The position numbers and the translations under genes are program-made. Positions 1 through 7,549 of a DNA stretch of 23,602 nucleotides are shown here, in pieces. The notes beneath the pieces are model-generated. The model had not been told where the DNA came from and did not search any database. It saw only the letters and a list, made by a program, of their open reading frames with translations. How positions within the stretch are numbered: position 1 is the stretch's first letter; every line of letters starts with the position of its first letter. The stretch is from Candidatus Iainarchaeum sp. (GTDB lineage: Archaea; Iainarchaeota; Iainarchaeia; Iainarchaeales; DTGL01): contig JAVYME010000019.1 in the NCBI GenBank assembly GCA_038736825.1, positions 1 to 23,602 of the forward strand, written 5' to 3'.

Positions 1-23
1 GCAATTTTGTCTTTGTTTTCAGG

Positions 24-377
24 GTGGAAGAACAAGTTGAAGAGGATGGAGAGATGAAAACCAAGCTCTTTGACTATCAAGTGAAAAGCAATAGTTGGGC
101 TAAGGGCGGTTTAGCCTTTACTGCAATCAACAAGGCTTACTTTACAGGGCAATGCACTGTGCAAAAAATAGATGCAGAAACCGGAACTGTTGTGCAATCC
201 TTTGGCCCGTACAAGTTTTTGGTGAACATAACTGACGGCGATATTGTTAGCCCGAAAACCAGGGATTCCTTTGCTGTAACAATTCTTGATTCAACGAACA
301 AGGTTTGGAAGCAGTTGGGCACTAGTGCTGAGCCAATTGAGCTTGGCGGGGGCAATATAACTGTGCACAGCAAGTGA
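24..377 (+). CDS. hypothetical small beta-rich protein (start uncertain; may be the 3' end of a longer gene)
   Basis: The frame is open back to nt 3, so the ORF may continue upstream of the window. Alternatively it starts at ATG 54, preceded by GAGGA (42-46). Nt 1-23 are T-rich, like intergenic DNA. The C-terminus reads ...SFAVTILDSTNKVWKQLG...ELGGGNITVHSK. No signal peptide or TM helix is visible and no family is recognised. Confidence 0.5.
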   Translation: MEEQVEEDGEMKTKLFDYQVKSNSWAKGGLAFTAINKAYFTGQCTVQKIDAETGTVVQSFGPYKFLVNITDGDIVSPKTRDSFAVTILDSTNKVWKQLGTSAEPIELGGGNITVHSK

Positions 378-391
378 TTTTTTTGAATTGG

Positions 392-442
392 CTGGCTTTG
401 TTTTGAAGGCAAAGCCAGGCATTCTCTTTTTTTCTTTTTTTT
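392..442 (+). terminator. hairpin plus T-tract terminator-like element after the first ORF
   Basis: A 9-bp stem, CTGGCTTTG (392-400) / CAAAGCCAG (410-418), has a 9-nt loop and is followed by T7-C-T8 (427-442). Downstream in the same convergent gap are a T10 run (473-482) and a second hairpin, CTTGCA (488-493) / TGCAAG (501-506). Confidence 0.45.
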
Positions 443-521
443 AATGGGTTGGCTGCAGTTCAGGCCGGCGTGTTTTTTTTTTGAGGGCTTGCAGTTTTTT
501 TGCAAGTGGTTTTTTGTTGTT

Positions 522-1376
522 TTAAAACTTGATTTCTTGGAAATCGCCTTGGTATTCCCTTATTTCTGGTTCTTTGTTTTCTGGTTTTGTTTCTTTTAAA
601 GTGGTTTTTTCTAGAGCGCTTTCCATTTCTTTTTTTTCTGGTGGAACTTGTGGTTTTTTTCTTGTTTTTTTGAATAAAAATATGAATAATGCTATTAAGA
701 GCAGGATTGCAAGCAAAACAATCAATTCTTTTAAGGGTAATCCGTTTTCGCTGTTGTTGTTTTGTTGGATTGCTTGTGTTGGGTTGATTGTTTGGTTTGG
801 CGTGGTTTTTTGGGTTTTAGTGGGAGTGATTGTTGGAGTTAGGTTTTGATTTGGTGAAATTGTTGGAGTTGTTTGTAATGGAGTGCTTGTCTGGGTTGGA
901 GTTATGGTTGGAGTTGTTGTTGGTGGTGGTTTTGACGGGGTTGGGGTTGGCGTGTGGCCCCAGCCGCCTGGTGGTTGTGGTGGCGTTGGAGTGATTGTTG
1001 GGGACTCTATTGGAGTTGGAGATGGAGTGATTGTAGGGGTTGTGGTTGGGGTTGGAGATGGAGTGGGTGAAATTGTTGGAGTGGGAGTGATGGGGGTAAT
1101 TGTTGGGGTTGGAGAGGGTGTGGGAAATGGTGGTAGGGTTTGAGTTGGAGTGGGTGTTGGAGTGATTGTGGGGGTTGTGGTTGGAGTGGGAGTGGGTGGA
1201 ATATCTATTGGGGTTGGAAGTGGGTCTGTTGGAAAGCAGGGAACGCAATAACAGCCGTCACAGCAAAAAGCTCTGCCGTAAGAGTCATAACAGTCTGCGT
1301 TGGTGGAGCAAAAACAGTCAGCCGTGGTAGTGGCGAAAAGGCTTAAAAAAAACAAGGCAAGAAAGGTTTTGCGCAT
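522..1376 (-). CDS. Cys-rich / Pro-Thr-rich type I membrane-anchored surface protein
   Basis: ATG start. Signal peptide [19 protein letters not shown], then 8 Cys within 27 residues ([28 protein letters not shown]). A Pro/Thr tract of about 150 aa follows, then TM helix [24 protein letters not shown] and a charged tail of about 50 aa. Confidence 0.75.
   Translation of the reverse strand: MRKTFLALFFLSLFATTTADCFCSTNADCYDSYGRAFCCDGCYCVPCFPTDPLPTPIDIPPTPTPTTTPTITPTPTPTQTLPPFPTPSPTPTITPITPTPTISPTPSPTPTTTPTITPSPTPIESPTITPTPPQPPGGWGHTPTPTPSKPPPTTTPTITPTQTSTPLQTTPTISPNQNLTPTITPTKTQKTTPNQTINPTQAIQQNNNSENGLPLKELIVLLAILLLIALFIFLFKKTRKKPQVPPEKKEMESALEKTTLKETKPENKEPEIREYQGDFQEIKF
777..1229 (-). repeat. 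low-complexity Pro/Thr (PT-linker) coding repeat
   Basis: The + strand is a strongly G+T-skewed run of degenerate GGNGTN/GTTGGN units. It encodes TPTPTP.../TITPTP... on the minus strand and creates shadow ORFs in several other frames. Confidence 0.8.
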
Positions 1377-1520
1377 GATTATTGTTTAATGCTTTTCTTG
1401 TATTTAAATTTTCTGAAAGCAAAAAATATTAGTTTTTTAAACTCTTTCCTGTCCAATTAGATTGCGCTGGAATTGTTTGATTGTTTTGCTTTTTTGGTTT
1501 TTTTTCGGGAGGGGGTTGGA

Positions 1521-2171
1521 TTGGAGATTTTTTTGGATAGTGCTGACATTAATGAAATCAAAGAGGCTGTTTCTTGGGGTGTTTTAAGCGGTGTCACCAC
1601 AAACCCAACCCTAATGCAAAAAGCCAATGCGTCTTTTCAAAAATCCATTGTTGAAATCTGCAATGCGGTTAATGGTCCTGTAAGTGCAGAGGTTTTGAGC
1701 GAGGATGCTGATGGAATGGTGAAAGAGGCTGAAAAGCTTGCCAAAATCCACAAAAATGTTGTGGTGAAGATTCCAATGGGAGTTGAGGGCTTAAAGGCAA
1801 TAAAGAGATTGAAGGCTAAAGGGATTAAAACCAATTGCACGCTTGTTTTTAGCGCCAACCAGGCTTTGCTGGCGGCAATCGCTGGCGCTGATTTTGTGAG
1901 TCCTTTTGTGGGCAGAATGGATGACATTGGAAATGATGGAATGCTTGTAGTGCAAGAGATTGTTGGAATGTTTAAAAATTACAGGTTTAAAACCAAAGTG
2001 ATTGTTGCCTCTGTAAGGCATCCCTTGCATGTCACTAGAGCGGCAATGATGGGTGCAGACATTGCAACCGTGCCTTTTGAGGTTCTCAAAAAAATGACTG
2101 GGCATTCCTTGACAGACAAGGGAAAAGTTTTGTTCAAACAGGATGCAGAAAAGGCTGGATTGAAGATTTGA
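1521..2171 (+). CDS. tal: transaldolase (short TalC/FSA-type subfamily)
   Basis: The protein begins [15 protein letters not shown]...GVTTNPTL and has the Schiff-base Lys context VVVKIP and [12 protein letters not shown] at 1521 sits 8 nt after GGAGG (1508-1512) and gives about 216 aa, the normal length for this family. The ORF-track start at 1473 adds a hydrophobic, non-family extension. Confidence 0.9.
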   Translation: MEIFLDSADINEIKEAVSWGVLSGVTTNPTLMQKANASFQKSIVEICNAVNGPVSAEVLSEDADGMVKEAEKLAKIHKNVVVKIPMGVEGLKAIKRLKAKGIKTNCTLVFSANQALLAAIAGADFVSPFVGRMDDIGNDGMLVVQEIVGMFKNYRFKTKVIVASVRHPLHVTRAAMMGADIATVPFEVLKKMTGHSLTDKGKVLFKQDAEKAGLKI

Positions 2172-2183
2172 ATTGTTGTTGAA

Positions 2184-3017
2184 GTGAGAGAAGTGCAAGC
2201 ATTCCAGGAAAAACTCGCAGAATTAAAGGAAATTGCGAGAAAGATTCGCGTTCTTTCCCTGAAAATGACTTCAAAGGCAAACTCTGGGCATCCAGGCGGC
2301 TCTTTAAGCGAAGCCGATATTTTGGCAGCACTGTTTTTTCATGAAATGAAAATAAATCCAGCAAACCCAAGGGATCCTGAAAGGGACAGGTTTGTTTTAA
2401 GCAAAGGCCATGCAAGCCCTGGGCTTTATTCTGCGCTTGCATTAAAGGGCATTATTTCAATGAAAGAGCTTGATGGTTTTAGGGAAATCAATTGCATGCT
2501 TCAAGGGCATCCTTCAAGGGACACTCCAGGCATTGAAACAATTGCTGGCTCTCTAGGGCAAGGCTTTAGTGTTGCTTGCGGAATGGCTTTAGCGGCAAAA
2601 ATGGATGGAAAAAACCACAAGGTTTTTGTAGTGCTCGGTGACGGCGAAATACAGGAAGGCATTGTATGGGAAAGCGCTTTGTTCGCTGCACACTATAACT
2701 TGAAAAACCTTATTGCAATTGTTGACGCAAACGGTTGCCAGAATGACGGCTATGTAAAGGACATAATGCAAGTGGAACCAATAAAGGAAAAATTTGAAGC
2801 GTTTGGCTGGAACACTCTTTCCATTGACGGTCACGATTTAGAGCAAATAATTGGCGCTCTGGAAAAAGCCAAATTTTCTGAAAAACCCATTGCAATAATT
2901 GCTCGAACCATTAAAGGCAAAGGGGTTTCCTTTATGGAGAATGACCCGCAATGGCATGGAAAGGCATTGAATGCAGAGCAATTGCAGAAAGCCTTAAAGG
3001 AGTTGGGGGAATGCTGA
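2184..3017 (+). CDS. tkt: transketolase, N-terminal (TPP-binding) subunit
   Basis: GTG start. Motifs SGHPGGSLS, SKGHASPGLY and GDGEIQEG...VDANG (the TPP/Mg GDG...N motif). The 277-aa length is typical of the split archaeal-type enzyme. Confidence 0.9.
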   Translation: MREVQAFQEKLAELKEIARKIRVLSLKMTSKANSGHPGGSLSEADILAALFFHEMKINPANPRDPERDRFVLSKGHASPGLYSALALKGIISMKELDGFREINCMLQGHPSRDTPGIETIAGSLGQGFSVACGMALAAKMDGKNHKVFVVLGDGEIQEGIVWESALFAAHYNLKNLIAIVDANGCQNDGYVKDIMQVEPIKEKFEAFGWNTLSIDGHDLEQIIGALEKAKFSEKPIAIIARTIKGKGVSFMENDPQWHGKALNAEQLQKALKELGEC

Positions 3018-3967
3018 GAAAAAGCTTTCAAGAAAAGGCAGCCACAAGGGAAGGCTATGGAAAAGCAATAAGGGAAATGGGCGCTCAAGACAAAAGCGTT
3101 GTAGCAATTGACGCAGACCTTGCCTCTTCCACTAAAAGCCTTGAATTGAAAAAAACTGCTCCTGAAAGGTTTTTTTATGCAGGCATTTGCGAAATGAACG
3201 CAGTTGGAGTGGCAACAGGCTTAACCCTTGAAGGAAAAAAAGCATTTGTTTCAAGCTTTGCGGTTTTTTTAACCGGCAGGGCTTTTGAAATAATCAGGCA
3301 AAGCGTTTGCTATGGAAAAGTTCCAGTGAAAATTGTTGGCTCTCACGCAGGCATTTTAACCGGAAAAGACGGTCCAACAGCACAAGCAACAGAAGACATT
3401 GCAATAATGCGCTCCCTTCCAGGAATGAACATAATTGTTCCAGCGGACGCAATAGAGGCAGAAAAAGCAGCCTGGTTCATGAAAGACTTCAATGAACCCT
3501 GTTATTTGCGCACCAACCGAGATCCAACCCCCATAATTTTTGAAGAAAAAAAATACCGGTTTGAATTCGGAAAAGCAATGGAATTGCGCAAAGGAAAACA
3601 CGCCACCATTATTGCTTGTGGAGCCCTAGTGCCAATCGCTCTCGAAACAGCAGAACTCCTTGAAAAGAAAAAAATAAGCGTGAGCGTAATAAACATGCAC
3701 ACAATAAAACCAATAGATGCAAAAGCAATAGAAAAAGCCGCAAGAGAAACCAAAGCAATAATTGCAGCAGAAGACCATCAAACAATCGGCGGGCTGGGAA
3801 GCGCAATAGCCGAAGTTTTGGCAGAAAAAAACCTCAAAGTGAAATTTAAACGCATTGGATTAAACAACAGGTTCGCTGAAAGCGGTGACCCGACAGCATT
3901 ATACGCAAAATACGGTTTTTCAAAGGAAAACATTGCAAAAACAATTGAAAAAATGATAAAAGGCTGA
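3011..3967 (+). CDS. tkt: transketolase, C-terminal (pyrimidine-binding) subunit
   Basis: ATG at 3011 overlaps the upstream stop (ATGCTGA) and is preceded by GGGGGA. The protein contains REGYGKAI, FYAGICEMNAVGVATGL, GSHAGILTGKDGPTAQATEDIA and a C-terminal transketolase domain. The ORF-track start at 2951 lies inside the upstream gene. Confidence 0.9.
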   Translation: MLRKSFQEKAATREGYGKAIREMGAQDKSVVAIDADLASSTKSLELKKTAPERFFYAGICEMNAVGVATGLTLEGKKAFVSSFAVFLTGRAFEIIRQSVCYGKVPVKIVGSHAGILTGKDGPTAQATEDIAIMRSLPGMNIIVPADAIEAEKAAWFMKDFNEPCYLRTNRDPTPIIFEEKKYRFEFGKAMELRKGKHATIIACGALVPIALETAELLEKKKISVSVINMHTIKPIDAKAIEKAARETKAIIAAEDHQTIGGLGSAIAEVLAEKNLKVKFKRIGLNNRFAESGDPTALYAKYGFSKENIAKTIEKMIKG

Positions 3968-3971
3968 CTTA

Positions 3972-4628
3972 ATGAAAAAAAAAGTTTTAATAGCGCCAAG
4001 CATTTTATCCGCAGACTTTGGAAAACTCAACTCAGAAATAAAAGAAGTCGAACCCTATTGCGACTTAATCCATGTAGACGTAATGGACGGCGTTTTTGTT
4101 CCCAACATCACTTTCGGGCAAGCGGTTTTAAAAAAAATAAAATCAAAAAAACCGCTGGACGTGCACTTAATGATTATAGAACCGGAAAAATTCGTGAAAG
4201 AATTCGCTGAAGCCGGAGCAAAAATAATCTCCTTCCACGTTGAAGCATCAAAGGACGCCAGGCAAACAATCAACCTCATCCGAAAAGCAAAAGCAAAACC
4301 AGCGCTTGCAATAAAACCAAAAACCCCGCTAACAACCATAGAACCATTCCTTGAAGAAATAGACTTTGTCCTGTTAATGACAGTAGAACCAGGCTTTGGA
4401 GGACAAAACTTTTTGAAAGAATGCTTGGACAAAATAAAAGAACTCCGAAGAAAAAAGCCCGAATTAGACATTGAAGTGGACGGCGGAATAAACAGTGAAA
4501 CCGCAAAACCAGCCGTTCAAGCAGGAGCAAACATACTAGTGGCCGGCTCAGCAATCTTTGGAGAAAAAAACAGAAAAAAAGCAATAATGAAAATAAAAAA
4601 AGCAATAAAAGAACAAAAAAAACACTAA
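3972..4628 (+). CDS. rpe: ribulose-phosphate 3-epimerase
   Basis: Motifs IAPSILSADF, HVDVMDGVFVPNITFG, MTVEPGFGGQNF, VDGGI and AGSAIF. The ORF is 218 aa and starts 4 nt after the tktC stop. Confidence 0.93.
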   Translation: MKKKVLIAPSILSADFGKLNSEIKEVEPYCDLIHVDVMDGVFVPNITFGQAVLKKIKSKKPLDVHLMIIEPEKFVKEFAEAGAKIISFHVEASKDARQTINLIRKAKAKPALAIKPKTPLTTIEPFLEEIDFVLLMTVEPGFGGQNFLKECLDKIKELRRKKPELDIEVDGGINSETAKPAVQAGANILVAGSAIFGEKNRKKAIMKIKKAIKEQKKH

Positions 4629-4764
4629 TTTTGCCCTTAAAAAAACCATTCCTTTAAGCCAGCAAACAAAAACACCAGATTTCATTAAACACAGAAAATA
4701 ACCGGAAATTCCCAAAAAAAAAGAAAAAACCATTCAAGCACAAAAAAAAACCACAAAGAAAAGA

Positions 4765-4772
4765 TTATAAAT
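4765..4772 (+). promoter_or_regulatory. TATA-box-like element upstream of the 863-aa surface protein gene
   Basis: TTATAAAT lies 73 nt upstream of ATG 4845. GAGGTGG (4832-4838) is an SD-like site 6 nt before the ATG. This is a sequence-only call. Confidence 0.3.
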
Positions 4773-4790
4773 AAGAATTACAATATATTT

Positions 4791-4812
4791 TGGCAAATGC
4801 TGGCATTTGCCA
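4791..4812. promoter_or_regulatory. perfect 10-bp inverted repeat (candidate operator or 5' leader hairpin)
   Basis: TGGCAAATGC-TG-GCATTTGCCA is a perfect palindrome. It starts about 20 nt downstream of the TATA-like box, where an archaeal transcription start would be expected. Confidence 0.4.
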
Positions 4813-4844
4813 ATCGCATTTCTGCTCACACGAGGTGGAATTGA

Positions 4845-7436
4845 ATGAAAAGAATGGATTTATTTGAAAAAATAAAAACAAAAAGCGCGCTGTCCCTGTT
4901 GCTCTTATTACTCATAATAGCAACAGCAAGCGCAACAATTAGCAGCATAACCGTTGTAACCCCAAACGGAGGCGAAAACTGGAGCGGTAAAAAAAACATA
5001 ACTTGGACTGCCACCTGCAGCACTCCTGCAGACGACTATTTTGACATTCAATGGACTTCAGGCAGTGGCTGGAACACTATTGTGAGCGGATTAAAATGTT
5101 CAACATACTGTACAGAAGGCTCTTGCAGTTGGGAATGGAACACCACAAGTGTGAGCGATGGAACAAACTATCAAATTAAAGTAAAAGACATGCAAAACCC
5201 TGGCACAAACGACATTTCAGACAATGTATTCACCATAGACAACACAGGTCCTGGAAAAGTAAGCGATCTCGGGTCAAGCACTCACACAATAGAGGAGTGG
5301 AGCACAGATAATGACATTTCATTCGAGTGGACTGATGCTGAAGACGACGACTTGGATGGCTACTATGTTTTGTGTGACAACACAGCAGACACAGACCCAA
5401 CAGAAGAAGACACCTTTGTTGATGAAGGAGTGCGAATTTATATTTGTGAAGATGTTGAAGACAGTAACCGCATTTACTTTCACATAAGAGCAGTTGATGA
5501 CGCTGGAAACCTGGGCGAAACAGAACACAGTGGACCATACTATGTTGATGCAACACCTCCAGAAATAGAAATAGATGATCTCGCTAACTATTATGGACCC
5601 AACAGTTGGCCTGGAACAATCACTGGAACAGCAAACGACAACCTAAACGGAATTAAACAAGTTCAAGTGGCAATATGCTATGAGGACGAAACCACAATGT
5701 GCTGGAATGGAACAGACAACTGGCAAGAACCAGAAGAAGGAGACGATTATATCTGGAATGAAGCAAATTATGACGATGGAAACTGGAATTATAACATAGA
5801 CGCTGAAGCATTTACCGGACTTGACGGGGTTGAATTTACAGTAAAAGTGAAAGCAACAGATAATGCTGGAAACGAAGCAGAAGGCGAAAGCGCAAGCTTT
5901 ACCTGGGATGAAACCCCACCAGAATCAGCAGTAAACGAATTCGAAGAATACTATGGACCCAACACTTGGCCTGGAACAATAACCGGAACAGCAGATGACA
6001 CACTAAGCGGAACAGACTTCCTAATGCTAACACTATGCTACACAGAAGGTGAAAGCAATTATTGCTGGGACGGAGAAACATGGAGTACAGGCGCACCCGC
6101 ATTCCTATACCCAGAATACGACGAAGAAGAAAAAACATGGAGCGTGAACGTAAACAAAACACTATTCACAGGACTAAACGGAAAACAAATCACCGCAAAC
6201 ATTTGGGCAATAGACAACGTTGAAAACGAAGCAGACGGCGAAAGCGCAAGCTTTACCTGGGATGAAACAGCGCCCACTGTTTTGATTGATCCAACAGAGC
6301 ATAGCTGGACTGGTGAAAGCATTCTGGTTTTGGTTGAGGGCACTGATGAAGAGGGTGGCAGTGGAATGCGCGCAGTTTACTATGCAATAGTTGATAAGGA
6401 AAGCAAGTGCCCAGCGATTGGCGGGGAAGGCTATACCCAGGTTGTTGGCAGTTATGCTGAAATAAGCATTGAGGATGACGGTGAATGGAAGGTTTGTGCT
6501 TACGCTGAAGACATTGCGGGAAATGTTCCTGAAGGCCCGGACAGTGAAGGAATATACCAGTTTGATGCAGGAGCGCCAGTGCTTGAGGAAGAGGGAAGCA
6601 TGTACAGTCATTCTGACAAAACCTTGGCTTTGCTGTTTGATGATGAGTTAACAGAAATTGTTGACGAAACAAAGATTCAGGTATCATATGATCCAGAGGC
6701 AACCGGGTTTGCAATTGATGCTGGTGATGCCTGTTTTATTGGTGGAGATGAAAACAACTTTGTTGTTTGCAGTTTAAGCATAGTGCACAGGGACTTAATA
6801 CAGGGCTGGTATTTGTCTGGCTATAGAACCCTTTACATTTTTGTGGAAGCCAGTGCTGTTGAAGACAAGGCAGGAAACCAGAATGAAAATACAACGACAA
6901 TAATTGCTGGCGAATACTGGACTCCGCAATTGCAGGGAGAAGTGGTTTTAAAACAGGGCTGGAATTTCATTTCAGTGCCTTTACAGTTAGCCAACGATAA
7001 CACTGAAGAAGTGCTTGAGCTCGAGGAAGGGGATGCAGTGTACTATTATTATAATGGTTCGTGGAGGCAACCTGAAACCCTAGAGCCAATGAAAGGATAC
7101 CTTGTTTACAAGGAAAGCACAGGCAAAAGGGAAATAACTTATGACTATGCGTGCGGAATACAAGAAGTGCCTCCAAGCGTGACAGTTGTTGGAAACAAGT
7201 GGAACATGATTGGTCCTCCAAAAGGCGGTGGCGAGAGCGGAGAAATCAGCTTAAGTGACTTTTTGAATTCAAGCCTTTACAATTATGTTTCAAACAGGAT
7301 TTTCACTTACAACAACACGCTTGGCTCTTATGTGCTGGTTAGTGACACTGTAAACACTGGTGTTGGCTATTGGGTTTTCTTTAGAAGCACAGCAGTAATT
7401 CCAGGCACGCCATGCTATACAGAGGAACTAGATTAA
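4845..7436 (+). CDS. secreted multi-domain Ig-like / S-layer-like surface protein (no membrane anchor seen)
   Basis: Signal peptide MKRMDLFEKIKTKSALSLLLLLLIIATASA. The N-terminal Ig-like module is ITVVTPNGGENWSGKKNITWTA...YQIKVKD. Five modules end in D-x-[AV]-[GE]-N (DDAGN, DNAGN, DNVEN, DIAGN, DKAGN), as in SbsA/Big-type Ig domains. The C-terminal beta domain begins LKQGWNFISVP. Confidence 0.85.
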   Translation: MKRMDLFEKIKTKSALSLLLLLLIIATASATISSITVVTPNGGENWSGKKNITWTATCSTPADDYFDIQWTSGSGWNTIVSGLKCSTYCTEGSCSWEWNTTSVSDGTNYQIKVKDMQNPGTNDISDNVFTIDNTGPGKVSDLGSSTHTIEEWSTDNDISFEWTDAEDDDLDGYYVLCDNTADTDPTEEDTFVDEGVRIYICEDVEDSNRIYFHIRAVDDAGNLGETEHSGPYYVDATPPEIEIDDLANYYGPNSWPGTITGTANDNLNGIKQVQVAICYEDETTMCWNGTDNWQEPEEGDDYIWNEANYDDGNWNYNIDAEAFTGLDGVEFTVKVKATDNAGNEAEGESASFTWDETPPESAVNEFEEYYGPNTWPGTITGTADDTLSGTDFLMLTLCYTEGESNYCWDGETWSTGAPAFLYPEYDEEEKTWSVNVNKTLFTGLNGKQITANIWAIDNVENEADGESASFTWDETAPTVLIDPTEHSWTGESILVLVEGTDEEGGSGMRAVYYAIVDKESKCPAIGGEGYTQVVGSYAEISIEDDGEWKVCAYAEDIAGNVPEGPDSEGIYQFDAGAPVLEEEGSMYSHSDKTLALLFDDELTEIVDETKIQVSYDPEATGFAIDAGDACFIGGDENNFVVCSLSIVHRDLIQGWYLSGYRTLYIFVEASAVEDKAGNQNENTTTIIAGEYWTPQLQGEVVLKQGWNFISVPLQLANDNTEEVLELEEGDAVYYYYNGSWRQPETLEPMKGYLVYKESTGKREITYDYACGIQEVPPSVTVVGNKWNMIGPPKGGGESGEISLSDFLNSSLYNYVSNRIFTYNNTLGSYVLVSDTVNTGVGYWVFFRSTAVIPGTPCYTEELD
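5556..6269 (+). repeat. tandem duplication of a ~120-aa module inside the surface protein gene
   Basis: Copy 1 is 5556-5915 (120 aa) and copy 2 is 5916-6269 (118 aa). Both run PPE...YYGPN[ST]WPGTITGTA[ND]D...CY...CW...FTGL.G...D N...NEA[ED]GESASFTWDET. A 44-nt block (5871-5914 vs 6225-6268) has one mismatch, while the rest has diverged. Confidence 0.85.
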
Positions 7437-7445
7437 GGATTCTAG

Positions 7446-7494
7446 AAAAAAAAACCAATTGCCCCGAAAGGGGCTTCACTTTTTTTATTTTTTT
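7446..7494 (+). terminator. A-tract / GC hairpin / T-tract intrinsic-terminator-like element
   Basis: An A9 run (7446-7454) precedes the hairpin GCCCC-GAAA-GGGGC (7461-7474), which is followed by TTCAC, T6, A and T7 (to 7494). The element starts 10 nt after the stop at 7434-7436. Confidence 0.55.
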
Positions 7495-7549
7495 AAAAAG
7501 TCGGCGGTTAGGATAGCTTTATTTGGTTTTGGTTGTTTTTAGTGATATT

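Noticed and set aside
137-505. A 122-aa minus-strand ORF spanning the first gene and the terminator region.
   Set aside because: It runs through the hairpin and T-tract region and is antisense to a better-looking ORF. Its poly-Lys stretch merely reflects the T-runs.
529-1346. ORFs 529..849(+), 817..1248(-), 883..1143(+) and 1140..1346(+), which overlap the PT-rich gene.
   Set aside because: They are frame-shadow products of the G+T / C+A low-complexity repeat, giving Gly/Val-rich or His/Asn/Ser-rich nonsense. Only the 522..1376(-) frame has a signal peptide, a Cys-rich head, a TM helix and a proper start.
2184-3967. The possibility that the two transketolase ORFs are one frameshifted pseudogene.
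   Set aside because: A split N- and C-terminal transketolase is the normal archaeal arrangement. The junction is a clean ATGCTGA start/stop overlap with an SD-like GGGGGA. Both halves retain their cofactor and substrate motifs.
4548-4733. A 61-aa Phe-rich minus-strand ORF in the rpe 3' end and A-rich spacer.
   Set aside because: It is the complement of an A-rich tract and overlaps the well-supported rpe gene. It has no start context.
5556-6269. The internal repeats of the 863-aa gene as a diversity-generating retroelement template/variable repeat pair.
   Set aside because: There is no reverse transcriptase gene in the window. The differences between the copies are not restricted to adenine positions. 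Both copies are in-frame coding modules of the same protein.
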